A DNA stretch of 64,000 nucleotides from Podarcis melisellensis (Eukaryota). The notes under the pieces were generated by a model. The model was not told where the DNA came from. It searched no databases and worked only from the letters and a program-made list of their open reading frames with translations. The DNA is taken from NCBI GenBank assembly GCA_964234715.1, contig OZ174287.1. One strand, written 5' to 3'. Numbering within the stretch: the first letter of the stretch is position 1; every line of letters begins with the position of its first letter. Below, piece by piece: positions 26,707 through 39,104 of the stretch. The position numbers were made by a program, and so were the translations under genes.

Positions 26707-26953
26707 CTGTTCATCAAGGCCAGATTCCGGTGTGGAACATCGTGTGTCCTCACTGGACAGATGCCGCATGGAGTCCCGGGACAAAGGGGTGTGGGGACCA
26801 GAAAACATGTCTGGGCTGATGGGGCTGCGTGGCGAGTGGGTGTGGGAGACATCAGAATGCGCGTAGCAGTTGCCAACATCGGGTGATGCTGGTTGTGGGG
26901 TCGAGGGGTTCCCCAGCTGCGGCGTTGTCCGTCCATCTGTGGATCTGTAAGAC
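26707..26953 (-). CDS. KANSL1: KANSL1 exon 14 equivalent
   Basis: attccag|G ... CAG|gtgggt; 247 nt, phase 2-0. Encodes [26 protein letters not shown]...[10 protein letters not shown]. Confidence 0.94.
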
Positions 26954-29038
26954 CTGGAATGACGACAATGCATTTCTTTTCCCCCCTCTGCTTTAAAAAA
27001 GGAAGGTGCCAGCATCACATGTTGAAAGCCACACGTTCCCAATGGCTTACATTCGAAAGGCCACCAGAACCCACCCAATAGTATGCCCTCCCACCTCACT
27101 CAATCCAGATTAGTTTCAAGCAGAGCACAGCTGCAGTGCTGGGAAAGGGCCAGGAGAGCAGGTAGATGAAGACAAGCCCTTTCTTCTCCAAGTCTGACGT
27201 GCCCTTCCTCAACTGCTGCCACCTCTCTGCTCTCATATCCTGACAGATCCCTGCCTTCACCCTCAGGTCTCCAGCTCCCTCAAAGGGCTCTGCCCTTTCT
27301 CCCCTGCTGTCCCATCGGAACAGCCTTCAAATCCCTCCTACGACCTGCTGCCTCTGGCACAATTCCTTTGTCTTCAGATTCTCCTCCAGAAGTGAGGCAC
27401 CTGCAGTCGGGGAGTCTAATGAGGCCCTTTGGTCTGCTAGGCTGTTTGTGCCAAGCCACACAGATCTGTCCGTCATCCGGTGTCAGGTACAGGGACAGGT
27501 TTGGTGCTGCAGCTTCAAACGCAGCACCAAATGCAAGCCGCGGCGGAACAATCCCTTGGGAGATGCAGGTTAAATGCAGCACTGTTTGAATTTGGTACTT
27601 TTCGCTGCTGTGCTGCTTCCAAAAGCAGCGCAACAGAAATGCATGAAATCCAAAAGCAAAAGCTCCCGATTCTTTTGTTGCAACTGTGGCTTAAATTCAA
27701 GTTGTGGCTGTACAAGGATCAGGAGCTAAGCAAATTCCCAATTCAAACAGTCTTGTCCACCTGGAGCAATAGTCCCGCAGAAGATTGACACCTTCCAGCT
27801 CCGGCGAGATCCATTTCCTCACCCCTGCCCTACTGTGCCAAAGCCCAAGCTAATTTAACTGTAATGAAACACCTGTCCTGTCCGTCCCCCGTCTAGCCAT
27901 GCTGCAGTCTGCCTCCCTCATCTTTCTACTGTATTCCTTGTGTTGAAGTCCACATTGTAACCTCCTGCACGCTTCTACTTTGTTAAATGCCACAAGCCAT
28001 GCATGCCTGTAAAATTGCAAAACTCGCAGAAATGTTGTGCCAACAATCCCAGGCAAATAATGCCAGTTGCCAGTGCCTGTTAATAACCTGGCTGCCATGT
28101 TCTAGGCCAGGAAAGAGGAGGTTGTGGCCTTCCAAATATTGTTGGATCAAAACTCCCATCAGCCCCAGTCAGGATGGTCCATTAAATGGTCTGAGATGAT
28201 GGGAGCTGGAGTCTTAAAAACCTCTTAAGGGCTGAAAGTTCTTCAACCAGGCTCTGAATGAACCACAGTTCCTAAAGGCAGCCCCTCTTTCTAGCCTCAG
28301 ACCATTGGTGCCTTGTATCTTCTTCCCACAAGCAAATACCAGAACATTGCCACACTTCCTGTGTGGCAATACAGAGGAACACTGAAAGTAAGTTGCCCAC
28401 CACCAAGGCATTTGGGCTTGTAGAATCACAGAGCTGCAGAGTTGGAAGGGAGAGTCATCTAGTCCAACCCCCTAAAGAGTGAAACACTGCAAATTCACAA
28501 TGAAAAGAATGAGCCATTCACTCAAAACCTTTCAGGGTGATTACTGGAACCAAGTTATGTAGAGGGGTAGTTCAGATTTAGCTTCCAAATTGTGGTTTGT
28601 AATTTGGTGCCCAAGCCTAGGGCTCAGGCACTCTGTCCTTCCTTTTGGGTGTGGCAGTTCCCCTTCTCATTTCCTGGTTTGAGACAAACCACAGGTTTGT
28701 TTTGTTCAAATGGGCAAGCTATAGTTAAACATTCTTCTGCAAACAAGGACTGGTTATCAGGATCAAACCCTGGTTTCCAAAGCAAGTTGCGGTTCAAATG
28801 GAATGGTAAACAATGGTTAGTGTCCAATCAGGGTAGGGGTTGAGCTGCACACAACCCAGAGGTTGCACTCACAACTGAGCCACCTCAGATTGTTTCAGCC
28901 CCTGTCCTGTTTCCTTCCTGTCTGCTGGCTAACACTGTGGGTTTTGTCTTTGACCTGTTAAGTTCTAAAAGGCTTTTGAATAGTGCTGGCATTCTCCTTT
29001 ATTGGAGGGTGGCCAACTCTGAGCATCTGCTAGGACCC

Positions 29039-29330
29039 AGAATCACAGAATCGAAGAGTTGGAAGGGACCCTGAGGGCTGTCTAGTCCAACCTCTCGCAA
29101 TGCAGGATTTTCAACTAAAGCATCCATGAGAGATGGTCATCCAGCCTCTGCTCAGAAACCTCCAAGGAAGGAGAACCCACCAGCTTCCAAGGCAGTCTGC
29201 TCCACTGTTGGAACAGCTCTTACTTTCAGAAAGTTCTTCCTGGTGTTTCGATCTCAGATCCTAGGCTGCAGAGAAGGAGAAAACAAGCTTGCTCCATCCT
29301 CCCCCCATGACAGCCTTTTAGATATCTGGA
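29039..29330 (-). mobile_element. CR1 LINE 3' fragment
   Basis: Closely similar to 5371-5670 (gaatcacagaatcgaagagttggaagggaccctgaggg...ccatgacagcctttta). Confidence 0.85.
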
Positions 29331-29374
29331 GGTATTTATAGGGACTGTGGTGCTGAAACAGCAGCTGGCCTTAC

Positions 29375-29487
29375 CTGCTGCCCCGCCGCTGAGGCGGCAC
29401 AGTTGTGCTCCAAAGCCACCTTGCCCGTTCCGACTCCTCACACTTGGCGTGGAGAGTGGCAAAGGCTGAGTCAGACAGATCCTCTAT
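29375..29487 (-). CDS. KANSL1: KANSL1 exon 13 equivalent (PEHE domain)
   Basis: ctcttccag|ATA ... AG|gtaagg; 113 nt. Encodes [37 protein letters not shown](R). Confidence 0.96.
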
Positions 29488-31765
29488 CTGGAAGAGAAAT
29501 CATGTGAGGTTAGCACTGAGATAGTCTCCAAAGCGTCTCTGGTTTCAATGAAGGAGGCTGTACAAAACACCACCTGGCGCACCATAAAGGTGTCCAGGCA
29601 CAGCAGCTGTTCTCTGCTCTTCCACCCTTAATTTTCTATCCATGAGCAGCTGGAAGGGACAGTTCAGACAATCCCGCTAGTTTCTGTGAGCACACATTTG
29701 AGGCAAGAGAAGTTGGGCGAGGGCTCATTTGTTCCCATTCAAAACTCACTTTGCCCATTCAACAAGCCCCACAGTTTGATCAGGAAACAGTCATACACAG
29801 CAAGACCCAATTTTAGGAGGTGATGAGCTTTGCTGCAGCAGAAAGACCCTCCTCCAGTTCTGAAAACTGATTTAGGTTTCTCAGGTGTGCTTTTTATCCG
29901 TATCCTGGCAGTGAGAGGCTGGAATGGCCTTCTTGCAAAGAACATCAGTATTCTACCTGGGACGGTACTTATGTAGGGCAAGGAGCACAGTAAGTCTTAA
30001 TTTTTTAATTTGTAATGAAAGAGTGAATGAATGATGCCCCCCTCTGCTCAGTTATTCCACATACCAAACCCAAACTTCAGAAAGCTGCTATTTTTCAACT
30101 GGCAGACCACTTTTGGAAATGAAACGAAATTTTGATCCAAAGAAGGTCACATTCCATATATGAAATGTCTTTACAACATATGTCCTTGTTCGCAGGGAAC
30201 AGGGAATGGAGAGAAGCCTGTAGCTGGAGTCCAGAACATTTAAAATGTTTTGGGCTCTAATATTTCTCTGTGCCTGGAGGCTCTGCCCTTCCCTGAAATT
30301 TGGTGCCTTCCCATTTTTCTCTTTTAAAATATTGTATTGAGTTAATTCATTTGGATTGTTGGTTTTTATTTTGGCAAAGAGCAGAATGTAGTGGCGAAAA
30401 CAGAGAATAAATGAGGGGGCAATTTTATTTTTTTGCCACAGACAAAAGTTCTCTCCTCACTGCATGAATATTCTCAAACACTACATGAGGAAGAGAAACC
30501 TGGTAGGCGCTGGGCTTTATCTTGTTCCTTCTCTATAACAGGAGGTAAGTTTTCCCTCATCTTCTCCAGGAATCGGACTGTACATGCAAGGAACTCGGAA
30601 GACAAGAGGCTGAGTTGCTAAAGTAACTGACAACCACAAAATGCCATCACATGGTTTTTAAAAACCAGCTGCTATTCAGTAAAGAAAGCCTGCATGACAC
30701 AGGCCTCACATGAGTAGACCTAGAACCAGCCATATCCTGAAGAATGTTCAATTTCTTAGGGTGAGGTTAAATATGCACCACCTGGGGGTAAAATCCCGTA
30801 CGTGGGTAACTTTCCAACCATAAAACGATCACACCATCTGCCAAACACAGTGTCATTGCTTTAAGGAATGAATGTCTAAGCTGAAGGCTACGAAAGCTGC
30901 GCTGCCTGTTCACTTACTTCCAGACTCTACAAAGGCATATTAAAGAAATTACACTGTAGGTTTTGTGACCACATAAAAAGCCACTTAAAGGATGGCAGTC
31001 GAAGATTAAGGCAAGGCTGCCTTCTCCTTGCAAGAAGGCATTGTTTGCCAACCCGCCAGTATTCACTGCATGCAGCATTGTTTTCATTCTGCTGCAGTTC
31101 ATCTTTCGAAACAGTTACTTGTCTCGCTCTCTGCTGTGGTGAAATTTATGTAGTTTATTACGTACGTTACACTGTCATTATGTTATTCCACCCTGTTCAT
31201 TTCAGTGCAAAGAACACAAGGCAAACCAGGGGGGTGGGGAGGCAAGGCAAGGCAAGTCAGACTAATCTGGCGGCTATGTAACTGGACTTTACCTAGTACT
31301 TTCGCCGAAAAAGCACCAGACACCACAGAGGAAGTAAAACTCTGCTTTAAGTTCAAATCAATGGCGCGAATGTCCAAGGCAGGTGCTCCCCCTTGCAGTG
31401 GATATTCGAAATTGAGACACACACCAGCACAGAGCCGCCCAAGAAGAGAGCTCTGACTTAAGAGGAGCACTGTATGCCTCTCATGTGCACGCTTTATGAC
31501 AGAAAGTCACCCACAGGACGGATTTTGCCATGCTCCTCTGATGAAAACTGCTTACATGGAATGCTGCCCTGGGCACAGAAGCTCCAGAAGGGCCTATTTA
31601 TTTTATTACTTTATTTTGGTTAATCTATAACCAGTCTTTCATTAAAACCAATCGTAGAGTGGAATACAATAGGAAAATATGTAACACAAAATGAAATATT
31701 GTGGGGGTGGGGAGGGAGAGAGAATCAGTTTCACAGAGGCCATCGAGGAGAACCATTTGGATTAC

Positions 31766-31823
31766 CTCTTCGTTGTCTTCATCGGGGTTCACCTTCAGGC
31801 CACCGATATCCACCACACGCCAG
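31766..31823 (-). CDS. KANSL1: KANSL1 exon 12 equivalent (PEHE domain)
   Basis: gttgcag|C ... GAG|gtaatc; 58 nt. Encodes (S)WRVVDIGGLKVNPDEDNEE. Confidence 0.93.
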
Positions 31824-32063
31824 CTGCAACACAGGTCAGCAGAGAAGTCAGTCAACTGGGGAATGGGTGGTTATCCTCAATACTCTGGGTACTTTGTACA
31901 GCCAGCAAGAAACATGGGGCTTTTTTGGACCACCGTCAATGTCCCCCCCTTCCTCACGATGGGGAAAACCTAACTTTTGCACACTTGTGTCCTTGTGGGT
32001 CTAGGGCCCTCCCCTCCTGTGACCTGGAGGAGAGCAAGGGGGAAACGGCGTCCCTGCGCATAC

Positions 32064-32188
32064 CTCGGCGTGAGGATTTCTTTGTACTGCAGTTTCTCTA
32101 CGCGGGTCGTCGCAGCCACAGACATAGGGATGACAATGTTGTTAATATCGAAAGAGCTTTCACCTCTCCTTCTCCGCGGCTGCTGCTG
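32064..32188 (-). CDS. KANSL1: KANSL1 exon 11 equivalent (start of PEHE / MOF-binding region)
   Basis: gttttgcag|CAG ... AG|gtatgc; 125 nt. Encodes [41 protein letters not shown](S). Confidence 0.96.
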
Positions 32189-35100
32189 CTGCAAAACACA
32201 AAAAGAAAAATGCTCAGGGAAGGAGGAGGAGGAGGAGGAAGCACTTCCAAGAGCAGGGAGCTGCACGAAGCAAGTAAGGCGATGCCCCCTTTTCGGTGTT
32301 AACTCTGCCTAGTGATGGCTGCCCAAAGAGATGGACCAAAAACACTCCAGGGTGGTTTGTTTTGTGCCACCAACCTTCAAACCAAGCCCCAGAAGCCATT
32401 TCCCTGTCAAGCTCATCCTATGGAGGTAGTTTGCGCATCTTCTCATTTCCTTATTTAGTATACCTTCATCCAGGGAATTTGGGCTATGGCCTTTAGATAC
32501 CCACACACTCAAGTCTTCTCCACAATGGACAATTATGTTGCCACTTGTGCGTTTCTCTCTCCCCAACTCAAGTTCAGGCACACATGCTTGTGAATCTGTT
32601 TTACCCAGCTGCAAGGATCCTAGGATCAAGTGGTTTAAATATTCGGGGGGGGGGGATGAGAGGTCATTGAGAGTCAGCAACCACTGGAAAGCTCAGAGCT
32701 CCTGATTCATGCCTTTTCTCAACCTAGTGTATGTCACCCTGTGAGACAACAGCACAGCTGCCATCGCCGCCAGCCCAAGAAATTCACAGCCACAAAATGA
32801 CCCACGAGGAAGGGCGTTTGGTCGGAATACATTGGAATTCCTTCCATGTGCAGAAAGCATTAACAGCCCTGCAGTGATTTCTGAAAGCTGACCGACTAAG
32901 GCAGCAGAGTGGCGCCTTACTACACTTGGAAGAGCGAGCAGGTAGCAGAGGGAAGGTGGGTGGAGGAGGGAGTAGATGCTTTGCACTACCTCTCAAGCAA
33001 AGACAATCCCATGGGAAGGATTACCTGGGCCTACTGTTGTTAAGGGTTAACACAGAGAGAATTACACCCTTTCCAATCTCTAGAATTCTTTTTGCCTGTC
33101 TCATAGCAGTGTACACGGGACATTATCAAAGTTCTGGGGGTATTTGAGAATAAATTCTGACTGCAGAAGGCATGGGGAATCTTTGGCTCTCCAACTCCCA
33201 AGGCCAAGACTATCAGTCATGTTAGCTGCCTGAAGCGAGAGACCATGAACATCTGAACTGGTTCCCCATCCATGACTGAGAGAGAGAGGGATAATTGATT
33301 TGGGGGAGGGGAGCCTCTTTGGCCTGCCCTCTGAACTTTCTGATTGGGTACCTGCCAGGCACAGGGCCACGCCCATTTCAGTCTTTCTGAACGACTAAAG
33401 CGCAGAGATGCAACCAAGCCTGAACACCGTGCGCTTCTAAAAATGCCTACCCTCCTCCAAGCACAAGTCGCCCTCTCCTTGAATCCCAACATTTGTGAAT
33501 GTTCTCCGACACGTCTTCCTGAATATCCATAGCAACAAAGGGCTTTTTAGGTATTCAGCACATCTCACCCTCGCCAGCTTTATGCATTATCTTAGCAGCA
33601 CATGCCTTGCACACCTGGGGGTGCCGCTTCTTCCCCGAGACGCCACTGCGAGCTTCAAAAAACATTTTTCGTGCACAAATGTGTGCTTAAAAATAAATAA
33701 AAAAAAACAAGGAAAAAATCTCTCTTTTTTGCAGCAAAGCCATATAGGGAGGCCTTCCTGGCAGCTTCCCCATAGCTCCCACTCTTCCCTGGCTTCATTC
33801 CTAAACAGCTTCCCAAAGTACTGGCATGGCTTGCTGTGTGTGCCACCTTTGCACTTCACCTGTTTGTCAGGGGGGTTGATCAGGATTCCAAGACCCCACC
33901 ACCACCACCGCTGCCCCACGTGCAGAATTTCAAGACCTGTTCTATTGCCGCTCGGTTATTTTATCCTCTTCACTTAAGACCTGAGAATCTACAGTTTTTC
34001 CTCCTTCCCTATCCCTAAAGACACGGTGCAGATCGCAGTCTGTTCGGATCTTATCTCAGAATCGCAACAATCCAAGGAGTGGTTATCTTGCCCGTCTAGA
34101 AAAAGGGTCGTGGCTATACCAGGAAACCAGAATCCAAATCTTTGTAGACTTAAAAAAAAAACACACACGTTTGTACCCAAGCCCTTGGGATGGGACAGAT
34201 TATAGACAAGCAAAACCAAACAAAAACAAATCTTGGCAGAAGCTGCCGCAATTTACCATCGTCTCAATGCTCTCCTTCCCACCCTCAGTGTGAAAAAAGG
34301 TGGATGAAACCTGAATACAAACATCTACTGTTGTTAAAACTACCCTTTAATCACAAGATGATTGAGGAGAGGTGATTAGTTGGGAGGGGTGCTGCTGCAT
34401 AATCTAACTGGCCTCATTATAGCCCTGGTAATGTAGGAGAATAGGATTGTTACACACAGAGAAATCCTGACACTGATTGGCTTAAGCCAAAGTCACTAGA
34501 TGTACATCAGTGGGCCCCTCTGTTATTTAGGCACCTGAAAGGTCCAATGAAGTATGAAGTAGTAAGAGCCAATCAGGGAGGAGGTACAAACTTCTCAATG
34601 GGTTCAGTAGCCTCCCTCTTGTATCTCTTTTTAATCCCCTCTCCTCATTTTTTTTTAAGGGGTGGTATAAAATCCCAAATAGCATGATCATGTGGCAACA
34701 TGTGAAATAGAAGACTGTGTGAATGAGTTAGAGTGAACAAATTTATTTAATACCTCTGGCTTATTTAGATTTTTACATCTTGGCCTTCTTTGAGGGCCTT
34801 GTTTTTAGTATTGAATTTATCTTTTTAACAGTTCAACAGATACTGAGGTTTCCTTGCATGAAGTTCTTCTGCTCTTAGTCCAACAGGATCAACTTTCCAT
34901 TCTCCTGTGCAGCTGCTTCAAGGCACAAGCACCTCCCTCGTGGATAGAGTAGCAACGGCACATTCAAAAACCCTTTGAAAAGGGGGCACCCTCTCCTGAT
35001 TCGTGAGCCAAGCCTGCCTTTGCTCTCTTCAGCCCAGGCCTCACCAGTCTTAGAACCCCACCCCCTTTGCTAAAGTGCCTTCCATTGTCTGCTGCAGACT

Positions 35101-35634
35101 CAACACCATTTCTTGCTGTTCTGTCACACTTAACAACTTCACTCCGGAAACTGATGCCTGAGCAACCAGACTGACTTGGCCCAACAGCTGGCCCCAGGCT
35201 CCAAAACCTAGGTGGGAGACCGAACCTCAGGCCTACCCCTCATAAGAGTAAGGAGTTCAAGCAGTGAGAACCACAAAACCCACCTTTCGTATGAAAACTC
35301 TGGCACAAAAGCTTAGCTCCCATGCCATACAAGCAGGGAATGTGTCCGTTCCTCTCTATGAAGATGTTGCTGAACTACAACATCCTTGATCACTGACCGT
35401 GTTGGCTGGGTCTGATGGGAGTTGGGAGTCTAGTAGCACTGGGAGGGACACTCATTCCCCAACCCCTGGGGCCCTGCTGCAGCTCAGCCAGAAAGCCAGC
35501 CCAAGAAATTGCAACTGAAACAGCACATACTGCTTCCCTGTTTACCCTGACTCAGGCTTCCCTCCCCTTCCTTTGTCGATTCCTGTCAAATTCAGCTGGA
35601 AGCTCCTTTGGGGCAGGGACCTCTCCTCTTACAC

Positions 35635-35818
35635 CAGGCATAGGCAAACTCGGCCCTCCAGATGTTTGGGGACCACAACTCCCATCATCCCTGACCACTG
35701 TAACGGGCCAATGGCTGTAATAAAGATCAATCCAATCCCTGACCACTGGTCCTGTTAGCTGGGGGTGATGGGAGTTGTAGTCCCAAAACACCTGGAGAGC
35801 TGAGTTTGCCTATGCCTG
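35635..35818. mobile_element. Palindromic hAT-type MITE
   Basis: Perfect 17-bp TIR caggcataggcaaactc; perfect 8-bp TSD tcttacac (35627-35634, 35819-35826). Confidence 0.9.
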
Positions 35819-35931
35819 TCTTACACTCTGCAAAGCGCATTGTTTAGTGAAGGGGCAAGTATCACAATGGTGACCACAAGGCTTTGCTTTAATGCACTAT
35901 GTTGGGGGACGGACTCCTGGGAGGTACTTAC

Positions 35932-36086
35932 AGATGCACTGGAGGCTCCCAGTGAGCTCGTGCTGGCAGAAGGGATGGAGTTTTCCGAGGAGGTGGACAG
36001 CTGCCGCACAATGGGGCTGTGGGCCGCGGAGGCCATGTTGCTGGAGAGGTAGCTCGGGCCTCCGATATCTGCATGGTGCTTCAATA
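35932..36086 (-). CDS. KANSL1: KANSL1 exon 10 equivalent
   Basis: tcccacacag|TA ... TCT|gtaagt; 155 nt. Encodes (V)LKHHADIGGPSYLSSNMASAAHSPIVRQLSTSSENSIPSASTSSLGASSAS. Confidence 0.93.
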
Positions 36087-36267
36087 CTGTGTGGGAAGGA
36101 AGCACAAAGAGAGGAGGAGAAGAGGAGGAGGTGAATCAAACAGTGCCTATTATCATCACCATCATTGCAAAGCTTTGCAGCAACCTGTAATCAAGCAATC
36201 CGTACCAAAAGGAACCAGAGAGCACACTAGAGAGAAAAGGAGAAGAACCTCATTGGGCAGGACTTAC

Positions 36268-36300
36268 TTCCCCAAAGGAGGAAGTTTTAATGACTTCCTC
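36268..36300 (-). other. Candidate 33-nt poison microexon in KANSL1 intron 9
   Basis: T11-aaag| acceptor and GAA|gtaagt donor; in-frame TAA; overlapping perfect 12-bp hairpin. Confidence 0.4.
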
Positions 36301-36470
36301 CTTTAAAAAAAAAAAGTGCACAAGAAGACAGACTGCAGCATCTGACACTAGGTGCCCCCTTTAATTCCCCAGAAGCAGCAAGCACCCTTCTCCGAAGCTG
36401 GAGGGGAGGACGAGAACAGGAATGCGAAACCCAAGCTCTCCCTGGAAAGACCTGGCTGTGGCCAGCCTAC

Positions 36471-36632
36471 CTTCGCTTCTCTCGGAGGAGCTGTCCCGCA
36501 ATCGCTTTTTCTCATGAACTGGAGTCAGGATAAGCGAGCGCTCTGGCGCTCTCTCGGCCTTGGGGGCAGCCCTTAGATCGCCTAAGGGCTGCCTGTGTGC
36601 CTTGTCTGGCTCGGTTTTGTGATGCGAGCAAG
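36471..36632 (-). CDS. KANSL1: KANSL1 exon 9 equivalent (symmetric, skippable in frame)
   Basis: ttccactcctcag|CT ... G|gtaggc; 162 nt, phase 1-1. Encodes CSHHKTEPDKAHRQPLGDLRAAPKAERAPERSLILTPVHEKKRLRDSSSERSE. Confidence 0.9.
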
Positions 36633-38918
36633 CTGAGGAGTGGAACAGAAAGAGAGCCATGAAAACGCCCTGCTTTCACCTCTCTCTCCTGGCCCGCAGG
36701 GCGCAGCCGACACACACACACAAAAAGAGGCACGGGCGGGTGCCCCGCTGCCCAGCTCCAGACAAGACCCCAGGAGCTCACACCAAGCATTGCAGCCGGA
36801 AGAGGACAGGAGGCGCTCTTTGCAGAAATTCCCCCCAAGCCAACAGCTGAGTGACGACCCAAACAGGTCTACTCTTTCCCCGTGATGCAGCCTAGTTCAT
36901 CTTGCGGGCACAGTGCAAACGCAGCTGCACTGCTCATAGCTGCCTGTCTCGACCAGTTCAAGGGAAGGAAAAGAGGCAGGGCGCTTTTCAGCCAGTGTGT
37001 TCGGTGTGGCTGGAGGAGCAGGAGGGTGAGTGGGCAGAGGGGAAGGTGAGCATCCACTGAAAGAAAAGGAGAACTGCAAGCCTAGCTACATAGTGCAGAC
37101 CAATGTCCTTAGACACACCCAGGCCTTACAATGACTTTGAAAGGCCCAGCAGCTTCCGTTTTTGAGAGCTCCTTTGTGGCCCACATTTTTGGAACAGTCT
37201 ACCAACAGATGCGGGAGAACTTGAAGCCCTCCCATTTGTCGGGGGACTCCAGCACCTGCCACCCCCAGCCAGCATGGCTTATGGGCCAGGATGATGGGAG
37301 TCAGGAGTCCAGCATCATTCGGACTCCATCCCCAAGTCTACCAGATGTATTCTTTAGTGGGTCTGAAAAGGCAGTTGCAGTTGGCATTGCGTGACCATAG
37401 CAAAACATTCTGGCAAATCAAGAACAGGGCTGTGCATCCTCCTTGATTTTAAGCAATAACCTACCTTTTCAACTGAATCGCCTATGCACAACGCTCCCGG
37501 TGCTCAGGCGGCATCCTCCAAACAAAAAGGGTGGAAGGGATATGCACACACTCTGTCCCAGTACATTTAGGGGCATGCAGCCGTGACTTAATCATCATTG
37601 TGGCGTATGAAAGATCAAGGGTCTGTGTGAGCATGTGCAAAGCAACTTTCCCATTGACCAACCATGACCAGCACACCCAGACTCCAGCACACATGTGGGG
37701 TTAGGGCGAAGGCTGTTCCAGGTCAGGCAGCTCAAGACCAAGCACACCCTCAAAGACCTGCTCTGCTCCTATCCTCTGTGGGGAGGGGGGAAAGCTCATG
37801 GTAGAACATAGGCTCTGTCTGCTGAAGGTATCCAATGCTTCCTATTGCCCTTTTAAAGGAGCAGAACGAAGGCCTCTGCTTGAAAGCTGTGGCAAGTTAG
37901 AATATGCAAAGGATCAGATCAGGAATGAGGAACCGGCAGCATTCCAAGTCCATCTGGACTACAACTTCCATCATCCCTGACTGCTAGCTAATGGGAGCTG
38001 GGAATCCAACACCTGGAGGGCCACAAATTCCCCACTCTTACTGCAAGTGGAATAACCATCTGGCTCAGAATGAAGAGAGGCCCTTGCATCTTTTGAGATG
38101 TGCCATTTCTTTCCGATCACCTTCCACTGTGCCGTGTGGCTGTTCAAGAACTGTTGCATTTTAAATCTCTTTAGCGCTTCATAAACTTGACTGTGGTTAC
38201 CTTCTCAGTCACCCTGTCATCTTCCTAGCAACCCACTGAGGTTAAACTCCCTGTTCCTTACTGAGGGCCAGGGGCTTCCACAAGGCCAGGCAAGGGAGCC
38301 TATAGCAGGCAACGGGACTGGAAACCAAACGGCGAAAGTTGAAAGCTTCTCTGTCCCACAGACTGCAACTCTATGCTTTGTTGTCCCATGGCCTTAGTGC
38401 TGACTGCACACCTGAAAGAGTCTTTTAAAGTTGGTATTTAATATTTAAAAATTGTATTCTGAAGTCTCTTCTCTACAGTTGTACTGCATTGCAAAATGCT
38501 TTGTCAACTTTTTAAAAACCCCACATACTAAGGCTACACAGCCAGCCTCTAGTAAAGCTTATGTGAAACTGGACACATTGCTAGAGGCTGATTACTGAGA
38601 AAGAGAGGTTTTTTTCGGGGGTGGGGGAGGCCTGCCTTGGAATTATGTCCTCTAATCTGGAAGCCCAGCCTAAATTCAGAGATGTGGGGAGCCTGCTTGC
38701 TGATTGTTTAGGGAAGGGGAAAGTCGTTCACACATGCTCAAAGACACTCCCTTGTTTTCTATTTCACACGTTCCAGGGCTATCCATTCAAACCAGTTCCA
38801 AGGCAGAGCCCTGGGTTCACACGAAGCCCTGCATGCAGCTCACTCTGCTGTGGGACACAAGCAGGACCCATTTGGGTAGTTCTTGCCAACACACATCAAT
38901 CAACAAGAGGACACTTAC

Positions 38919-39104
38919 TGGCTGCAGCTAAGAAGGTGTTAACCAGCTTGTGGCGGTCCTTGCGCACGGAGTCAGGTAAACTGGTGGGAGGCATGGAGGG
39001 CCGATGCTTCAGCGTGAGCCTTTTGGGAGGCTTGATCTTCTCGCAGGGCTTGTTCTGCAGCTCGGATTTCAACATGCTCTGGAAATGCAAGCTCATTGGT
39101 ACAT
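38919..39104 (-). CDS. KANSL1: KANSL1 exon 8 equivalent
   Basis: ctcccgcag|AT ... A|gtaagt; 186 nt. Encodes (D)[61 protein letters not shown]. Confidence 0.95.

Noticed and set aside
31691-32302. 203-aa ORF on the + strand
   Set aside because: Antisense shadow of KANSL1 exons 11-12; no recognisable protein features.
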